DNA from: a virus
IMG/VR virus record: IMGVR_UViG_3300047510_002187
Location: 31,073-95,072 of that record
Strand: one strand, 5' to 3'
DNA: 64,000 nt
The notes beneath the pieces are model-generated. The model saw only the letters and a list, made by a program, of their open reading frames with translations, searched no databases and was not told the DNA's origin. Of the stretch, positions 18,035 to 27,637 are shown piece by piece; within the stretch, counting starts at the first letter, position 1; each line of letters begins with the position of its first letter. The position numbers and the translations under genes were made by a program.

Positions 18035-18577
18035 ATGACTAATCTCCCTGAATTCGTTCCCTTTCCTAAAATTCCTCGTCTCTATAAAGAATGCGTCATT
18101 ACTGAAAAGATTGACGGAACCAATGGAGTAATTTACATCACCGATGATGGTGAGATGTTTGTTGGTTCTCGTAATCGTTGGTTGAGTGTGGAGAGTGATA
18201 ACTTTGGTTTTCATCGTTGGTCAATGGAGAACAAAGACCAACTTATGAAACTTGGTCCTGGTCGTCATCATGGTGAGTGGTGGGGCAGTGGTATTCAACG
18301 AGGTTATAATCTTACCAAAGGTGAGAAAAGGTTTTCTCTTTTCAATACCAACATCTGGAACGAAGATAATCCACCACCCGAGTGTTGTTCTGTAGTTCCG
18401 GTTCTTTATCAAGGTGAATTTAGTACAAATGCACTTGACGATGTGATGGATAAACTGTGGAATTATGGTTCTGTTGCTTCTCCGGGATTTATGAATGCAG
18501 AAGGTGTAATGGTGTATCATAGTTCTGCTAATCATTACTTCAAAGCACCTTTTGATAAGGAGCATAAAGGACAATGA
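18035..18577 (+). CDS. RNA ligase nucleotidyltransferase-domain protein (Rnl2-like)
   Basis: KIDGTN (motif I KxDGxN), EGVMVY (motif IV), FKAPFDKEHK (motif V); start revised to the ATG after the leader. Confidence 0.6.
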   Translation: MTNLPEFVPFPKIPRLYKECVITEKIDGTNGVIYITDDGEMFVGSRNRWLSVESDNFGFHRWSMENKDQLMKLGPGRHHGEWWGSGIQRGYNLTKGEKRFSLFNTNIWNEDNPPPECCSVVPVLYQGEFSTNALDDVMDKLWNYGSVASPGFMNAEGVMVYHSSANHYFKAPFDKEHKGQ

Positions 18578-18759
18578 AAAACTTTTGGTATAGACGGATA
18601 ATGTGGTCTTGGTGTTTTGATAGTTGGGTTAAACTTATGAAAAATTCACCAGAATTTTATGAGAGTTTTGAATGTGATAGACATTTCTTTTGGTTATATT
18701 TGAATAACTACAATCAACTTTTCGGTACTAATGATGGATTTGGGAATGCAAATGACTGA
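18574..18759 (+). CDS. hypothetical protein
   Basis: ORF track. Confidence 0.35.
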   Translation: MKNFWYRRIMWSWCFDSWVKLMKNSPEFYESFECDRHFFWLYLNNYNQLFGTNDGFGNAND

Positions 18760-18991
18760 AGAACAACAAGAACTTATTATTAACAAACTCAAAGAAATTG
18801 CAAGTGAAAAAACTTGTTATGAAATGTATGGTGAGTTTTATGATGGAATTCCTCAACCAACAACCAGAATTTTTACTGATGGAATTGACTATGGGAAAAT
18901 CAATCTTTGTAGAGAACTTTTGAACCTGTTGGAGACAAAGGTAGAACCGTCACAAGGACATCGCAGGAAAGACCTGGATGTGATAGGATAA
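18752..18991 (+). CDS. hypothetical protein (MTEEQQ)
   Basis: ATGACTGA junction. Confidence 0.35.
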   Translation: MTEEQQELIINKLKEIASEKTCYEMYGEFYDGIPQPTTRIFTDGIDYGKINLCRELLNLLETKVEPSQGHRRKDLDVIG

Positions 18992-19014
18992 TAACACTAA
19001 CGGAGAACCACATT

Positions 19015-19254
19015 ATGCCTCGTTTTAAAGCAACCATTGAATTTAATAGAGCATCAAACGACATTTCACTTGCCGAACATTATCTTAGAGACAAATTGTA
19101 CTTAGGAGCAAATATACACATTTCAAATCTTGAACGACTTTCAATTACTCACGAAGAAGCAATTGCGGAAATTAAAAAATTAATTGATGAAGAAAGTACT
19201 TATGGTTGTGCCGATGCATCTAAAATTAAATCCATTCTTGAAAAGGTGATTTGA
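19015..19254 (+). CDS. hypothetical protein
   Basis: ORF track. Confidence 0.35.
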   Translation: MPRFKATIEFNRASNDISLAEHYLRDKLYLGANIHISNLERLSITHEEAIAEIKKLIDEESTYGCADASKIKSILEKVI

Positions 19255-19493
19255 TTGTGATTAAAGTGCAAAGTTTTTATGAACTCAAGATTGATAATGA
19301 TTTTGATGAAATCACAATCTTGACCGGTGACGACAAACGAACCGCATTTACCATTAAGATTTTGAATGGTCATTCCATTGAAGTTCGGGGAGGATGTATG
19401 GTAAAAGACCAAGGAGTTCTTTATGCTGAACAACTTCAAGTTGCTCCTCGTGCTTCTAATGTGATTACGGTAAGTAAGGTCAAGTATGAATAA
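19251..19493 (+). CDS. hypothetical protein (non-ATG start, TTG/GTG)
   Basis: ORF track; no in-frame ATG near the 5' end. Confidence 0.3.
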   Translation: MIVIKVQSFYELKIDNDFDEITILTGDDKRTAFTIKILNGHSIEVRGGCMVKDQGVLYAEQLQVAPRASNVITVSKVKYE

Positions 19494-19725
19494 GGACGCA
19501 TACTATTCCTGGATTGCCGAGAACGACGAATACCCCGAACATTCTCATAAGTTTATAGTAGGTGTCTATAACAAATATAAAGAAGTTAAAGGTCTTCATC
19601 GTTATTTTGGTCCTTTTGATACTAACAAAGATGCAAGAGTATTCGCAGCAGAATACCGAGACAAATATACAAAACCTGGATTTATCGTAGATATTCGTGT
19701 GTTTCCCTTATGTGAGGTTTTATGA
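19486..19725 (+). CDS. hypothetical protein
   Basis: ORF track. Confidence 0.35.
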   Translation: MNKDAYYSWIAENDEYPEHSHKFIVGVYNKYKEVKGLHRYFGPFDTNKDARVFAAEYRDKYTKPGFIVDIRVFPLCEVL

Positions 19726-19913
19726 GCAGTTACCGTTGGATGACCCCTAAAGATTTGTCTGCTGCTGTAAGAGCACAGAATATTTACAATTCTCGGGTAA
19801 AACGAGGAGAGATTGATACTACAAACATCATAAGAACTGATTATGTGGTGTGTGGTTGTGGTGAAGAAGGTTGTGGATTTATTACTTTTTATAATAAGGT
19901 ATGTGATGTCTAA
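19722..19913 (+). CDS. hypothetical protein
   Basis: ORF track. Confidence 0.35.
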   Translation: MSSYRWMTPKDLSAAVRAQNIYNSRVKRGEIDTTNIIRTDYVVCGCGEEGCGFITFYNKVCDV

Positions 19914-19955
19914 AAACTCAAAAGAACAAGCACAAGAACTTTTTTATTTTAAACT

Positions 19956-20153
19956 ATGAAAATCTATCTGGTTATTGAAAGTGTTGATGTTGGACCTGGG
20001 TTTATTCCAAGTATTATTCACGGAGTATTTAAATCAAAAGAAAATGCAGAGAAACTGCAAAAGAAAGTAAGTGAGGAAATTGCTGAAGAAAGTCCCTATT
20101 GGTTAGAAGCAATAGACCTAATACGTGTTGAAGAAATGGAGTTGCAGGAATGA
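19956..20153 (+). CDS. hypothetical protein
   Basis: ORF track. Confidence 0.35.
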   Translation: MKIYLVIESVDVGPGFIPSIIHGVFKSKENAEKLQKKVSEEIAEESPYWLEAIDLIRVEEMELQE

Positions 20154-20389
20154 GTGACTACGACTTACTCACACCAAATCAAAAAGTTTTAGTATGGATT
20201 TTGGAACATACACCAGAACCAGTTGCAGATAAGATATATGAGTTTTACCTTGGTTTTTATAGATTTCATTATGCATTTCAAGTGTGGAGTGCTATAATGA
20301 CTACGGACTATAAGATTTCAAGTAAAAGAACATTTGGATTGACCTGGTTTGATGAGTTTTATGGTTTATTGAGTAGAAGTTATGACTAA
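20150..20389 (+). CDS. hypothetical protein
   Basis: ORF track. Confidence 0.35.
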   Translation: MSDYDLLTPNQKVLVWILEHTPEPVADKIYEFYLGFYRFHYAFQVWSAIMTTDYKISSKRTFGLTWFDEFYGLLSRSYD

Positions 20390-20549
20390 ACAAAAAACAT
20401 TGGTTGAAACAATTACACCAGTTGTGGGATATGATAGGGTTTATGCCCGAGATGTTCTTCGTGAGATTGCCGATTGGATTGAAAACCATTCAAACTGGTA
20501 TTACCTAACTCCATCTCAACTTCGTCAAGAGGCAGAACGGTATGAATGA
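20382..20549 (+). CDS. hypothetical small protein (55 aa)
   Basis: Hand-translated; ATGA overlaps. Confidence 0.3.
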   Translation: MTKQKTLVETITPVVGYDRVYARDVLREIADWIENHSNWYYLTPSQLRQEAERYE

Positions 20550-20775
20550 AAACTCAAAAGAACAAGCACAAGAACTTTTGGAAGTTCTTATGAACAGTAA
20601 ACACCACAATCCTGCTTTGGCACTTCAAGAAGTTCTTGTTAAACTTCGGGAACAACTTACACTTCCAAGAGGTGTTAGTGTTTGGGAGGATGAAAAAGGT
20701 ATGTGCTATGATGCTGGACGGGATGAATGCATCAAAGAAATTTCTGCTATTGTTGATGAGTTGGAGTTACTATGA
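20542..20775 (+). CDS. hypothetical protein
   Basis: ORF track. Confidence 0.35.
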   Translation: MNENSKEQAQELLEVLMNSKHHNPALALQEVLVKLREQLTLPRGVSVWEDEKGMCYDAGRDECIKEISAIVDELELL

Positions 20776-20940
20776 ATAAACAAAATTTACAGGAATACTA
20801 CGAAAGTGTTGGAACCTTATATGATGATATCACCAAAGTTGAGGTAGGAGATAATCTCAAGATGAACCCATTTAAGGTTGTAATGCATTTACAGGAACTT
20901 TATAATAGAATTGAACAACTTGAGGAAAAAACTAAATGAC
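20772..20940 (+). CDS. hypothetical small protein (55 aa)
   Basis: Hand-translated. Confidence 0.3.
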
Positions 20941-21118
20941 TGAAAGAGCACAAAAGATTATGAAAGCATATGAAGCAAATGCTACAATATTTCCAACTAC
21001 AGGTGTTGCTGCTGCTATTCGTGCTATGGCGGATAGTTTTGTGTATGATGATAATGGACTTGCTTGGTTTACTGCTGATGACTTCAAGAAACTTGCCGAT
21101 GATTTGGAGGAACTATGA
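20936..21118 (+). CDS. hypothetical protein (MTERAQKIMKAY); adjacent paralog of 21115-21342
   Basis: MTERAQKIMKAYEANA vs MKEQAQKIWNTYVEGYA. Confidence 0.4.
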   Translation: MTERAQKIMKAYEANATIFPTTGVAAAIRAMADSFVYDDNGLAWFTADDFKKLADDLEEL

Positions 21119-21342
21119 AAGAACAAGCACAAAAAATCTGGAATACTTATGTTGAAGGATATGCAGAAGCACTAATGATCCCTGTAGATCAATTTGATAC
21201 TTATATGGATAAAGATTGTAGGAAAATTATTGCTTCTGTTCTTCGTGAAACCATAAATCAACTGCAAAGAGGAACCACTGTGGGTGTTGTAATTATGTGT
21301 CCCGATATTTTAGAACTATGCGAAGAACTTGAAAAACTTTAA
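21115..21342 (+). CDS. hypothetical protein (paralog of 20936-21118)
   Basis: ORF track. Confidence 0.4.
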   Translation: MKEQAQKIWNTYVEGYAEALMIPVDQFDTYMDKDCRKIIASVLRETINQLQRGTTVGVVIMCPDILELCEELEKL

Positions 21343-21345
21343 AAA

Positions 21346-21621
21346 ATGATTTACCTTTCTTTCTCACTTTCAAATCCATTCTCAAACAGGTTCTCTGTTG
21401 TCTATGAAAAATCGGGAAAAACCTGGAACCCTCATAAGTTCTGGGATTTGACTATTTCTAAAAATAGTGCTATCATTGGATTTTCCATTGATTTTACAAT
21501 GAGACAAGACCACGCAGGATTTGGTTTTGATTTTGAACTTTTTGGTTGGAATATTGATTATAGGTTTTATGATAACAGACATTGGGACTACAAGGGTGGT
21601 AGGTGGGAAACTTATGATTAA
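21346..21621 (+). CDS. hypothetical protein
   Basis: ORF track. Confidence 0.35.
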   Translation: MIYLSFSLSNPFSNRFSVVYEKSGKTWNPHKFWDLTISKNSAIIGFSIDFTMRQDHAGFGFDFELFGWNIDYRFYDNRHWDYKGGRWETYD

Positions 21622-21817
21622 AATAGTGAAAAAAATATGGGTTAAAATAATTAAAAAATTTTGGAATTCATTAGTCAATAACAAGCAGCATTCTAAAATT
21701 AAGGTTAAAATTGATAGTTGGGGTGGAACTTCAGTTGACCCTTCAGAAGTTTTCCGTAGTGAACAAGGAAAAAAAGATTTGGATTTTTTTGTGGAACTTG
21801 CAAAAAGGAAAAAATGA
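21614..21817 (+). CDS. hypothetical basic protein
   Basis: Start revised to the ATGA overlap. Confidence 0.3.
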   Translation: MIKIVKKIWVKIIKKFWNSLVNNKQHSKIKVKIDSWGGTSVDPSEVFRSEQGKKDLDFFVELAKRKK

Positions 21818-22059
21818 CTAAATCAAGAGCATCTGTAGTATGGGAAGCATTTTGTGGAGAACTTACACAAGAACCCACAGATGATATGAGGGAAGCACTC
21901 GCAACTGCAATTCTTAAAATCATAGACGAGTATGAGGAGTTTATGGGTGATGATGGTTATGGGAGAATGGTGGTGAGTTCTATGGACCTTCGTATTCTTT
22001 CAAATGATTTGGAGACACTTCAAGAACCGTCACAAGACCCTTCCCACTCTGGGTCTTGA
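21814..22059 (+). CDS. hypothetical protein
   Basis: ORF track. Confidence 0.35.
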   Translation: MTKSRASVVWEAFCGELTQEPTDDMREALATAILKIIDEYEEFMGDDGYGRMVVSSMDLRILSNDLETLQEPSQDPSHSGS

Positions 22060-22070
22060 TGGGTTATAAT
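22024..22070 (+). promoter_or_regulatory. promoter cassette (gaaCCGTCACA, hairpin caagaccc/gggtcttg, TATAAT)
   Basis: Fixed 30-nt spacing. Confidence 0.5.
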
Positions 22071-22094
22071 ACTCTCATACAACACACAACTCCA

Positions 22095-22583
22095 ATGATT
22101 GACCTTTCACAGTTTGTTGATAAGAAAGTCCGAGTGACTTTTAGGAATATCGGTATTTTTGAAGGTAAAATAACAAGGAATACTACAGGTCTTCCTTATT
22201 GTTTTAAATGTGATGAAGGTGATTATGAGTGTGATTATACTTATGATGGTTTTCTTGAAGATTTTAATGAACCTACCGCAGGAGACATCATCCAAATTGA
22301 GGAAATCAAACCAATGAACAAATACGAAGAACTGGAAAAACAGGTCGCAGAAATGCAGAAAGAGATTGACCGTCTCAAAAGGGAGGAGGAAAAGAATAAT
22401 CTTAATTTGAAACCTGTCGAAATTGCTCGCACCGTTAAGATTACTCCTGAAGAGTATTATGAGTATTGTAAAGAGTATAAAGAAAAACCAACGGCAACAG
22501 GATATGTAAAGTATTATTCAAGTTCTGCATGGTTTATGGATAGTGGTGATTATACTGAAAGTTTCAAAGTAATTGGAGAATGA
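22095..22583 (+). CDS. domain-A-containing protein (paralog of the 5789 N-terminus) with a coiled-coil C-terminus
   Basis: MIDLSQFVDKKVRVTFRN. Confidence 0.45.
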   Translation: MIDLSQFVDKKVRVTFRNIGIFEGKITRNTTGLPYCFKCDEGDYECDYTYDGFLEDFNEPTAGDIIQIEEIKPMNKYEELEKQVAEMQKEIDRLKREEEKNNLNLKPVEIARTVKITPEEYYEYCKEYKEKPTATGYVKYYSSSAWFMDSGDYTESFKVIGE

Positions 22584-22801
22584 CTATGACCTTATCAAAC
22601 GAAACCAAAACTAAACTCGCAGATGCACTGGTTCCTGAAGTCATTCGGTATCTTGAGACCAATGATAACTATGTGGATGTAATGCAAAATCAACTCATTC
22701 CAGAAGCAATTTCAAATGCACTGGGAGAAGTGGATGAAAACCTTAAATTTGAACTATCTCTTATGATTTTTGATAGTATCTATATTCGTGAAGTAAAATG
22801 A
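22580..22801 (+). CDS. hypothetical protein
   Basis: ORF track. Confidence 0.35.
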   Translation: MTMTLSNETKTKLADALVPEVIRYLETNDNYVDVMQNQLIPEAISNALGEVDENLKFELSLMIFDSIYIREVK

Positions 22802-23085
22802 CTGAAGACCTCTACCCTCCTAAAAATGAATTTATTGTTCCTATTACTGTGGAACTTCAAGCAGACCAACAACTTCAACTTCGTAAGTATCTAAATCTTC
22901 ATTATCTTGGAGATGTAGATGCTAATGAACTTGACGAGAATGGGAACTTTGTAGCAAAGTATCCAGAGAAGGAAACTGTAGAGTTCAAGAATGCTGTTTG
23001 GAATTCAGATGCTACTCATAGAGTTGAAGCACTAGTAACTTTTGATGTAAATGGTATACCCAAACTGGAGTTCATCAATGACTGA
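22798..23085 (+). CDS. hypothetical protein
   Basis: ORF track. Confidence 0.35.
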   Translation: MTEDLYPPKNEFIVPITVELQADQQLQLRKYLNLHYLGDVDANELDENGNFVAKYPEKETVEFKNAVWNSDATHRVEALVTFDVNGIPKLEFIND

Positions 23086-23087
23086 TA

Positions 23088-23332
23088 CTGAAAAACTCTG
23101 TAAAGATTGTAATTATCATTATTATGAACACGGTTATCATCACTGTCGCAGACCTGTTACTTCTAAAACAAATTTGGTTACAGGTGAAGTAGAAATTAAA
23201 TCTGCATATCTTTTTTGTGAGAATGAACGGTCTCATAATTTTAAAGATTATTGTGGACCCGAAGGTAAATTTTGGACACCTCGTAAGTCTTTTTGGGAAG
23301 GATTAAGTGATGCTATCACAAGGTCCTTGTGA
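23088..23332 (+). CDS. Cys-rich small protein (paralog of 4320-4547)
   Basis: MTDTEKLCKDCNYHYYE... Confidence 0.45.
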
Positions 23333-23343
23333 GGACACTTGAG

Positions 23344-23390
23344 GAACTGACACAAGAGGCACTCCTAGATTTTTCTGGGAGTGCTATTCT
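23344..23390 (+). promoter_or_regulatory. promoter cassette variant (gaaCTGACACA ... TATTCT)
   Basis: Hairpin gcactcc/gggagtgc. Confidence 0.4.
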
Positions 23391-23413
23391 CATTAAAACA
23401 TTGGAGGATAGCA

Positions 23414-23563
23414 ATGATCAATGTAAAGCATATTAAGGATAATGAATATGAAATTAGTTGGGATGAAAATGATCCCATAGAATCAAAATTAAATACATGG
23501 ACCGAAGAGGATTTTCTTAATACAATTTCAGAAGGACTTAAGAGACTAGATAAATTAGATTAG
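23414..23563 (+). CDS. hypothetical small protein
   Basis: Start moved to the ATG after the GGAGGA RBS. Confidence 0.3.
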   Translation: MINVKHIKDNEYEISWDENDPIESKLNTWTEEDFLNTISEGLKRLDKLD

Positions 23564-23580
23564 ATGTCTATTTTATCTAC

Positions 23581-23796
23581 ATGTCTTACGAGGAATTTTT
23601 AAATTTACCTGTAGATTCTGTAACAAAATTTGTTCAAGTTATAAAGCATAAGAGATTAAACAATATACCATTTAATGATGAAGAATTGGAACTCTGTGAG
23701 CATGTGGAAAAATATGTTAAACAGATTAAATTAAATGAGGATAAGACAAGATTGGAGTATATGTTCTCTTTAAAATCCTATCAAAAAGATAAATAA
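23581..23796 (+). CDS. hypothetical protein
   Basis: ORF track. Confidence 0.35.
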   Translation: MSYEEFLNLPVDSVTKFVQVIKHKRLNNIPFNDEELELCEHVEKYVKQIKLNEDKTRLEYMFSLKSYQKDK

Positions 23797-23817
23797 TAAA
23801 AAATATAAAGTAGATCA

Positions 23818-24069
23818 ATGCAAAAGACTTTTAAGGACTTTATGGATATTCTTGAAAGAGCAACTTTTATAGATTTGAGCAGTTCAAAAGAGCAGGCAAG
23901 AATGGAGAAAGAAATAGCAAAGCGCGAAAAGGAAAAAATAGCGAAAATGCGACAAAGAAGTGATGAACTTTATCACGAAAGAACTCGTGGTCGTGGCATT
24001 CGTGCAACTAGCGGAGGAAGAAAAGGTTGGATTAAGGATGGTAAGTTTACACCAGACGAGGACAGTTGA
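23818..24069 (+). CDS. hypothetical basic protein
   Basis: ORF track. Confidence 0.35.
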   Translation: MQKTFKDFMDILERATFIDLSSSKEQARMEKEIAKREKEKIAKMRQRSDELYHERTRGRGIRATSGGRKGWIKDGKFTPDEDS

Positions 24070-24070
24070 T

Positions 24071-24116
24071 AAACTGTCACACATTACACCCAACAGTCCA
24101 CTAAACTTGGTATAAT
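24071..24116 (+). promoter_or_regulatory. promoter cassette (aaaCTGTCACA ... TATAAT)
   Basis: Box plus TATAAT at 24111-24116. Confidence 0.45.
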
Positions 24117-24138
24117 AACCAAAGACACAACAAAACCA

Positions 24139-24291
24139 TGAACAAAAGCGAACTCCGAAAGATTGCTAAGGAAATTGAGTACGAAACCCGCCGCCTAGAA
24201 CTCAGGAAAGAGTTTGAAGAAAAGGGGATTAGGTTTTCTGATAAGCACGGAAGAGGTTATATTCGCGATGGTGTGAAGCATTACGACTAAA
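24139..24291 (+). CDS. hypothetical small protein (50 aa)
   Basis: Hand-translated; first ATG after the cassette. Confidence 0.3.
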
Positions 24292-24347
24292 AGATTTGGG
24301 GATCTCATGGTCTCCTTTTTATTGGCAATAAATAATATCAAAAATCT

Positions 24348-24881
24348 ATGGATTTTGCAGATTTAGAATCTAAGACCAAAAATGAATTGGTTCAGATTGC
24401 TAAAAAATTTACAGTATATTATATTACCAAATCTGGAGAAGGTTCTACATCCAATTATAATTCTTTATCTAAGTCGCAATTAATTGATGTAATTCTTAAT
24501 GATAAGGATTATCAGAAGGCAACAGGAACCTTAAGTAGAGTGGAGAGATTGAGGAGAGCAATTGTTAATATAACTGATCCAGATCAAATTATGGATGCAA
24601 TTTTAAGCATTTTTGGTGTAAATGGATCAGCAATTGCTCCAGGAAATTATTATACTTACATATACAATGCTAAGACACCAGATTTACTTTATGATCAACA
24701 TCCATTAATTGCATGTCTTGGTACGACTGAGAATGGGTTTTATGGATTAAATTTTCACTTAAATATGAATAGAAACTACACTTATCCAGAAGTAGGATCT
24801 AATGTTTGTCACATAAGACAAAATGAGATTTCATATTTCAGAACGTTAGTTTACAGAAAACTTTTATATAGTGGTAGATAA
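24348..24881 (+). CDS. hypothetical protein with an N-terminal Rho-N/SAP-like motif
   Basis: ESKTKNELVQIAKKF; very AT-rich; TATAAATA-like (aataaata) about 16 nt upstream. Confidence 0.4.
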   Translation: MDFADLESKTKNELVQIAKKFTVYYITKSGEGSTSNYNSLSKSQLIDVILNDKDYQKATGTLSRVERLRRAIVNITDPDQIMDAILSIFGVNGSAIAPGNYYTYIYNAKTPDLLYDQHPLIACLGTTENGFYGLNFHLNMNRNYTYPEVGSNVCHIRQNEISYFRTLVYRKLLYSGR

Positions 24882-24899
24882 TAAATACGGGCATAAGAA

Positions 24900-26855
24900 A
24901 TGGCAAAACTGAAAGAAAATTACACAACAAATACTTTTAATCAAGAAATACTACAATGTGCTGCTCTTAGTTTTTTTATTCATAAAAGTAATGCTAAAAA
25001 TAAAGATTTTTTTGCATATATAGAAAACTTCGCTGACGGAGAGGATCCGGACAGTATTTTGAAATCTGTTCATGGGGAATATGATATTAAAACAAATTTG
25101 GGCGTATTTCACACATCAAAACCTTCTGGTGTTAGTTGGGTTAGATCTTCAATAGATATTGCAAGATTTTTAATACAAAAATTAAAATTAAACAAAAACT
25201 TTGAAATACATCATCAAAAGTCTAAATTTGGTAAACTTATAAAAGACGATTGTATTAAGAAAATCGTAACTGCACTAGAAACAAAAAATATTTCAGATAA
25301 ACCTGATGTATATAACCCATCTGATATATGGATAGTAGATAAAAATCAAGAAAACAATATCAGAAAAGAATTAGGGACACATATAATTAGTAAAAAGGCG
25401 AATATAGTTGCTAACTACACTACTAACAAAAATACATATAAATCTATTATAAACAGATTTTTTATTAGAAAAAAATTATTTCAAATTTCACTAAAAAAAT
25501 CTGGTACTGCTAGTCTAAAAATAGACGAACAATATAAAAATATATCAAAAGCTTCACCAATCGGTATAGGATATAAAATTGTGGGTACAATGATGAATTA
25601 TGAATCCAATAAAATGGACATTGATCCATATACCAAATTTGTGTTTGCTTTTGATAATGTTTTGCAGGAAGGAAATAGAGCAAAAATAATGAAATTTATT
25701 GAAGACCTAGTTGATATTAAAAAACTGAATTACAAAGATGAAGTTTTGCAACCAAATCTAATATTCCACTTAAATTATGAAGGAGTGGATATTGAAGGTG
25801 GTGGAATTGAAAAATGGAAATTAGACACTCCAGGTGATACATTTAATATGCAAAAGATCGGAGGAACTGCATGGTCTGGGGGTCTCAATACGAATGGCGT
25901 GCATCAAATTTTAGAAAATTATCAACAATATAAACCAATATTTAAAGAAGTAATAGATAAGAGAATAGATGCATATAAAAATATATCTTCAGATATTCCT
26001 AATGAAGTAAACAATATTTTATCAAAAAATGAATTAATTTATAAAACCAAAGATCTTAGTGCAATCCGCGAATCTTTATTAACAACCAATCAATATATAC
26101 ATTTTTTGGTAAAATCTATACAAATATTATCTAAGGACTTTAGAGGAATAAAAGAACTATATGGAATAACTTCACAAGAAACATTGAAACTGACAACAAA
26201 AGTTGAACTTGACCGATATATTATGAAATGGGATGATGCCGAAGGTCTTGTATGGGAAAAAGTGAAAGCAATAACTACCAATTTAAAAAGGAATCAAATT
26301 GCAGTTCCTCTTAGAGTAGAAATTGCAACAAAAAAAGGAGATAAGATTCTTCCCTATGTTCTCACTTCAGGAAGTCAAATAGATAAAAAGATAAAAAAAG
26401 GGCACTATGTATTTGCTATTTCTGGCGCTGCTAAACTTAAAACTGGTACAAAAATTGAATCAATAGATACCAAAAACAAAACAATAACATTAACACAACC
26501 CATAGAAAAAGGATCAAAAGATAAAATAAAATTATTCATATTAGATCCATATGTAACTAACATACTTTCCGCTAAAGATTTGAGTAAAATTAAAGGAAGT
26601 GAAAACAAAACCATTAAATACTTAGAGGAAAAGTATTCAAAACTTCAAGCATTTTATATGTTTGTTAAGGGTGGACCAAATCTTTTAAATGAAATATTAA
26701 AAAAACAAATAGTTTTAACAATATATGGATTAGTGTCCAAAAAAGGTGGAAAATTATTTGATCCAGATTTATATGATAAAATTAAGAAACAAAAATTCAC
26801 AAAAAATGCAATATCAAAATTTGTTATCGCGCCATTTATTATTGTGGGCGATTAA
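24900..26855 (+). CDS. large Lys-rich hypothetical protein (651 aa), possibly late or structural
   Basis: Long ORF; ataaatac late-promoter-like element upstream; very AT-rich codons. Confidence 0.45.
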   Translation: MAKLKENYTTNTFNQEILQCAALSFFIHKSNAKNKDFFAYIENFADGEDPDSILKSVHGEYDIKTNLGVFHTSKPSGVSWVRSSIDIARFLIQKLKLNKNFEIHHQKSKFGKLIKDDCIKKIVTALETKNISDKPDVYNPSDIWIVDKNQENNIRKELGTHIISKKANIVANYTTNKNTYKSIINRFFIRKKLFQISLKKSGTASLKIDEQYKNISKASPIGIGYKIVGTMMNYESNKMDIDPYTKFVFAFDNVLQEGNRAKIMKFIEDLVDIKKLNYKDEVLQPNLIFHLNYEGVDIEGGGIEKWKLDTPGDTFNMQKIGGTAWSGGLNTNGVHQILENYQQYKPIFKEVIDKRIDAYKNISSDIPNEVNNILSKNELIYKTKDLSAIRESLLTTNQYIHFLVKSIQILSKDFRGIKELYGITSQETLKLTTKVELDRYIMKWDDAEGLVWEKVKAITTNLKRNQIAVPLRVEIATKKGDKILPYVLTSGSQIDKKIKKGHYVFAISGAAKLKTGTKIESIDTKNKTITLTQPIEKGSKDKIKLFILDPYVTNILSAKDLSKIKGSENKTIKYLEEKYSKLQAFYMFVKGGPNLLNEILKKQIVLTIYGLVSKKGGKLFDPDLYDKIKKQKFTKNAISKFVIAPFIIVGD

Positions 26856-26880
26856 CGACAAGTAATTAATAGTATGTTAT

Positions 26881-27093
26881 ATGAACACTAATCTACTCCG
26901 AATGATCTCAAGTCTAGTAATTTGCGTAGCGTACATCATCACACTTTATTATGATGGAGTAGTAGGAGCAAGATTATACTTGATAGGAAACTCATTGGCG
27001 ATGCCCTACATGATAAAGAATCGCTGCTGGGACATTGTGGCGTTGCTATCTTTCTTTATTGTGTTTGGAATACCCAGAGCACTGGGACAATGA
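26881..27093 (+). CDS. small membrane protein (2 TM)
   Basis: ORF track. Confidence 0.35.
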   Translation: MNTNLLRMISSLVICVAYIITLYYDGVVGARLYLIGNSLAMPYMIKNRCWDIVALLSFFIVFGIPRALGQ

Positions 27094-27195
27094 TCTGACT
27101 GTCTACTGAACAGGCATGACCCCAGCAGCATGGGGTACATTTATCTCATCGGCAAGGGACGCACCCCCACCGCCGCCCCAAGTGCCAATCACAAG

Positions 27196-27238
27196 ACTGG
27201 CACACTCCACGACATCCCAGCGGATTCCGTGGTATTCT
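27196..27238 (+). promoter_or_regulatory. promoter cassette (aCTGGCACA, hairpin ccacg/cgtgg, TATTCT)
   Basis: Upstream of the Ubl gene. Confidence 0.4.
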
Positions 27239-27307
27239 TAAGGGGTCGGTGAGGGAAACACCAAACCGACAAACACCTGTCCTTTACATTTCATTTCCTT
27301 TTTTATT

Positions 27308-27574
27308 ATGCAATTCCTCAACAACGTTCGTACCCAAGACGCTTCCGCTCCTGTTACCCTGGTGGTCAACGAGGAAACCTACAGCGTGTCTCCCGACAAC
27401 TACCGTGGCAAGACCGTTGCTCAACTGTTCTCCCAGTACGGTGAGAACCTTGGCGTGGATCCTGCTCGCATCAACCGCTATGTGATCAACAACGAGATCG
27501 TTCCTGGCGAAACCACCGTGCGTCCTGGCGAAACTGTTCGTGGTGCTGTGACTTCCGAAAACAAGGGTTTCTGA
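27308..27574 (+). CDS. ThiS/MoaD-like ubiquitin-like beta-grasp protein (non-canonical C-terminus ..ENKGF)
   Basis: 88 aa; TLVVNEETYSV...TVAQLF...INNEIVPGETTVRPGETVRGAV pattern resembles sulfur-carrier/Ubl proteins; located directly upstream of the JAB and E1 genes. Confidence 0.45.
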   Translation: MQFLNNVRTQDASAPVTLVVNEETYSVSPDNYRGKTVAQLFSQYGENLGVDPARINRYVINNEIVPGETTVRPGETVRGAVTSENKGF

Positions 27575-27582
27575 TCCCTATT

Positions 27583-27606
27583 TTCCCAACCTCCCTTTCG
27601 GGGGAG
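27583..27606 (+). promoter_or_regulatory. perfect 8-bp GC hairpin between Ubl and JAB (attenuator or processing site)
   Basis: aacctccc-tttcg-ggggaggtt followed only by a short T-run. Confidence 0.35.
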
Positions 27607-27637
27607 GTTTACTCCACTACTTGACCTTTACAATATC

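Noticed and set aside
22035-22064. Cassette hairpins as rho-independent terminators
   Set aside because: Stems are not followed by a U-tract. They sit between the box and the -10 element, so they are more likely part of promoter architecture or RNA processing sites.
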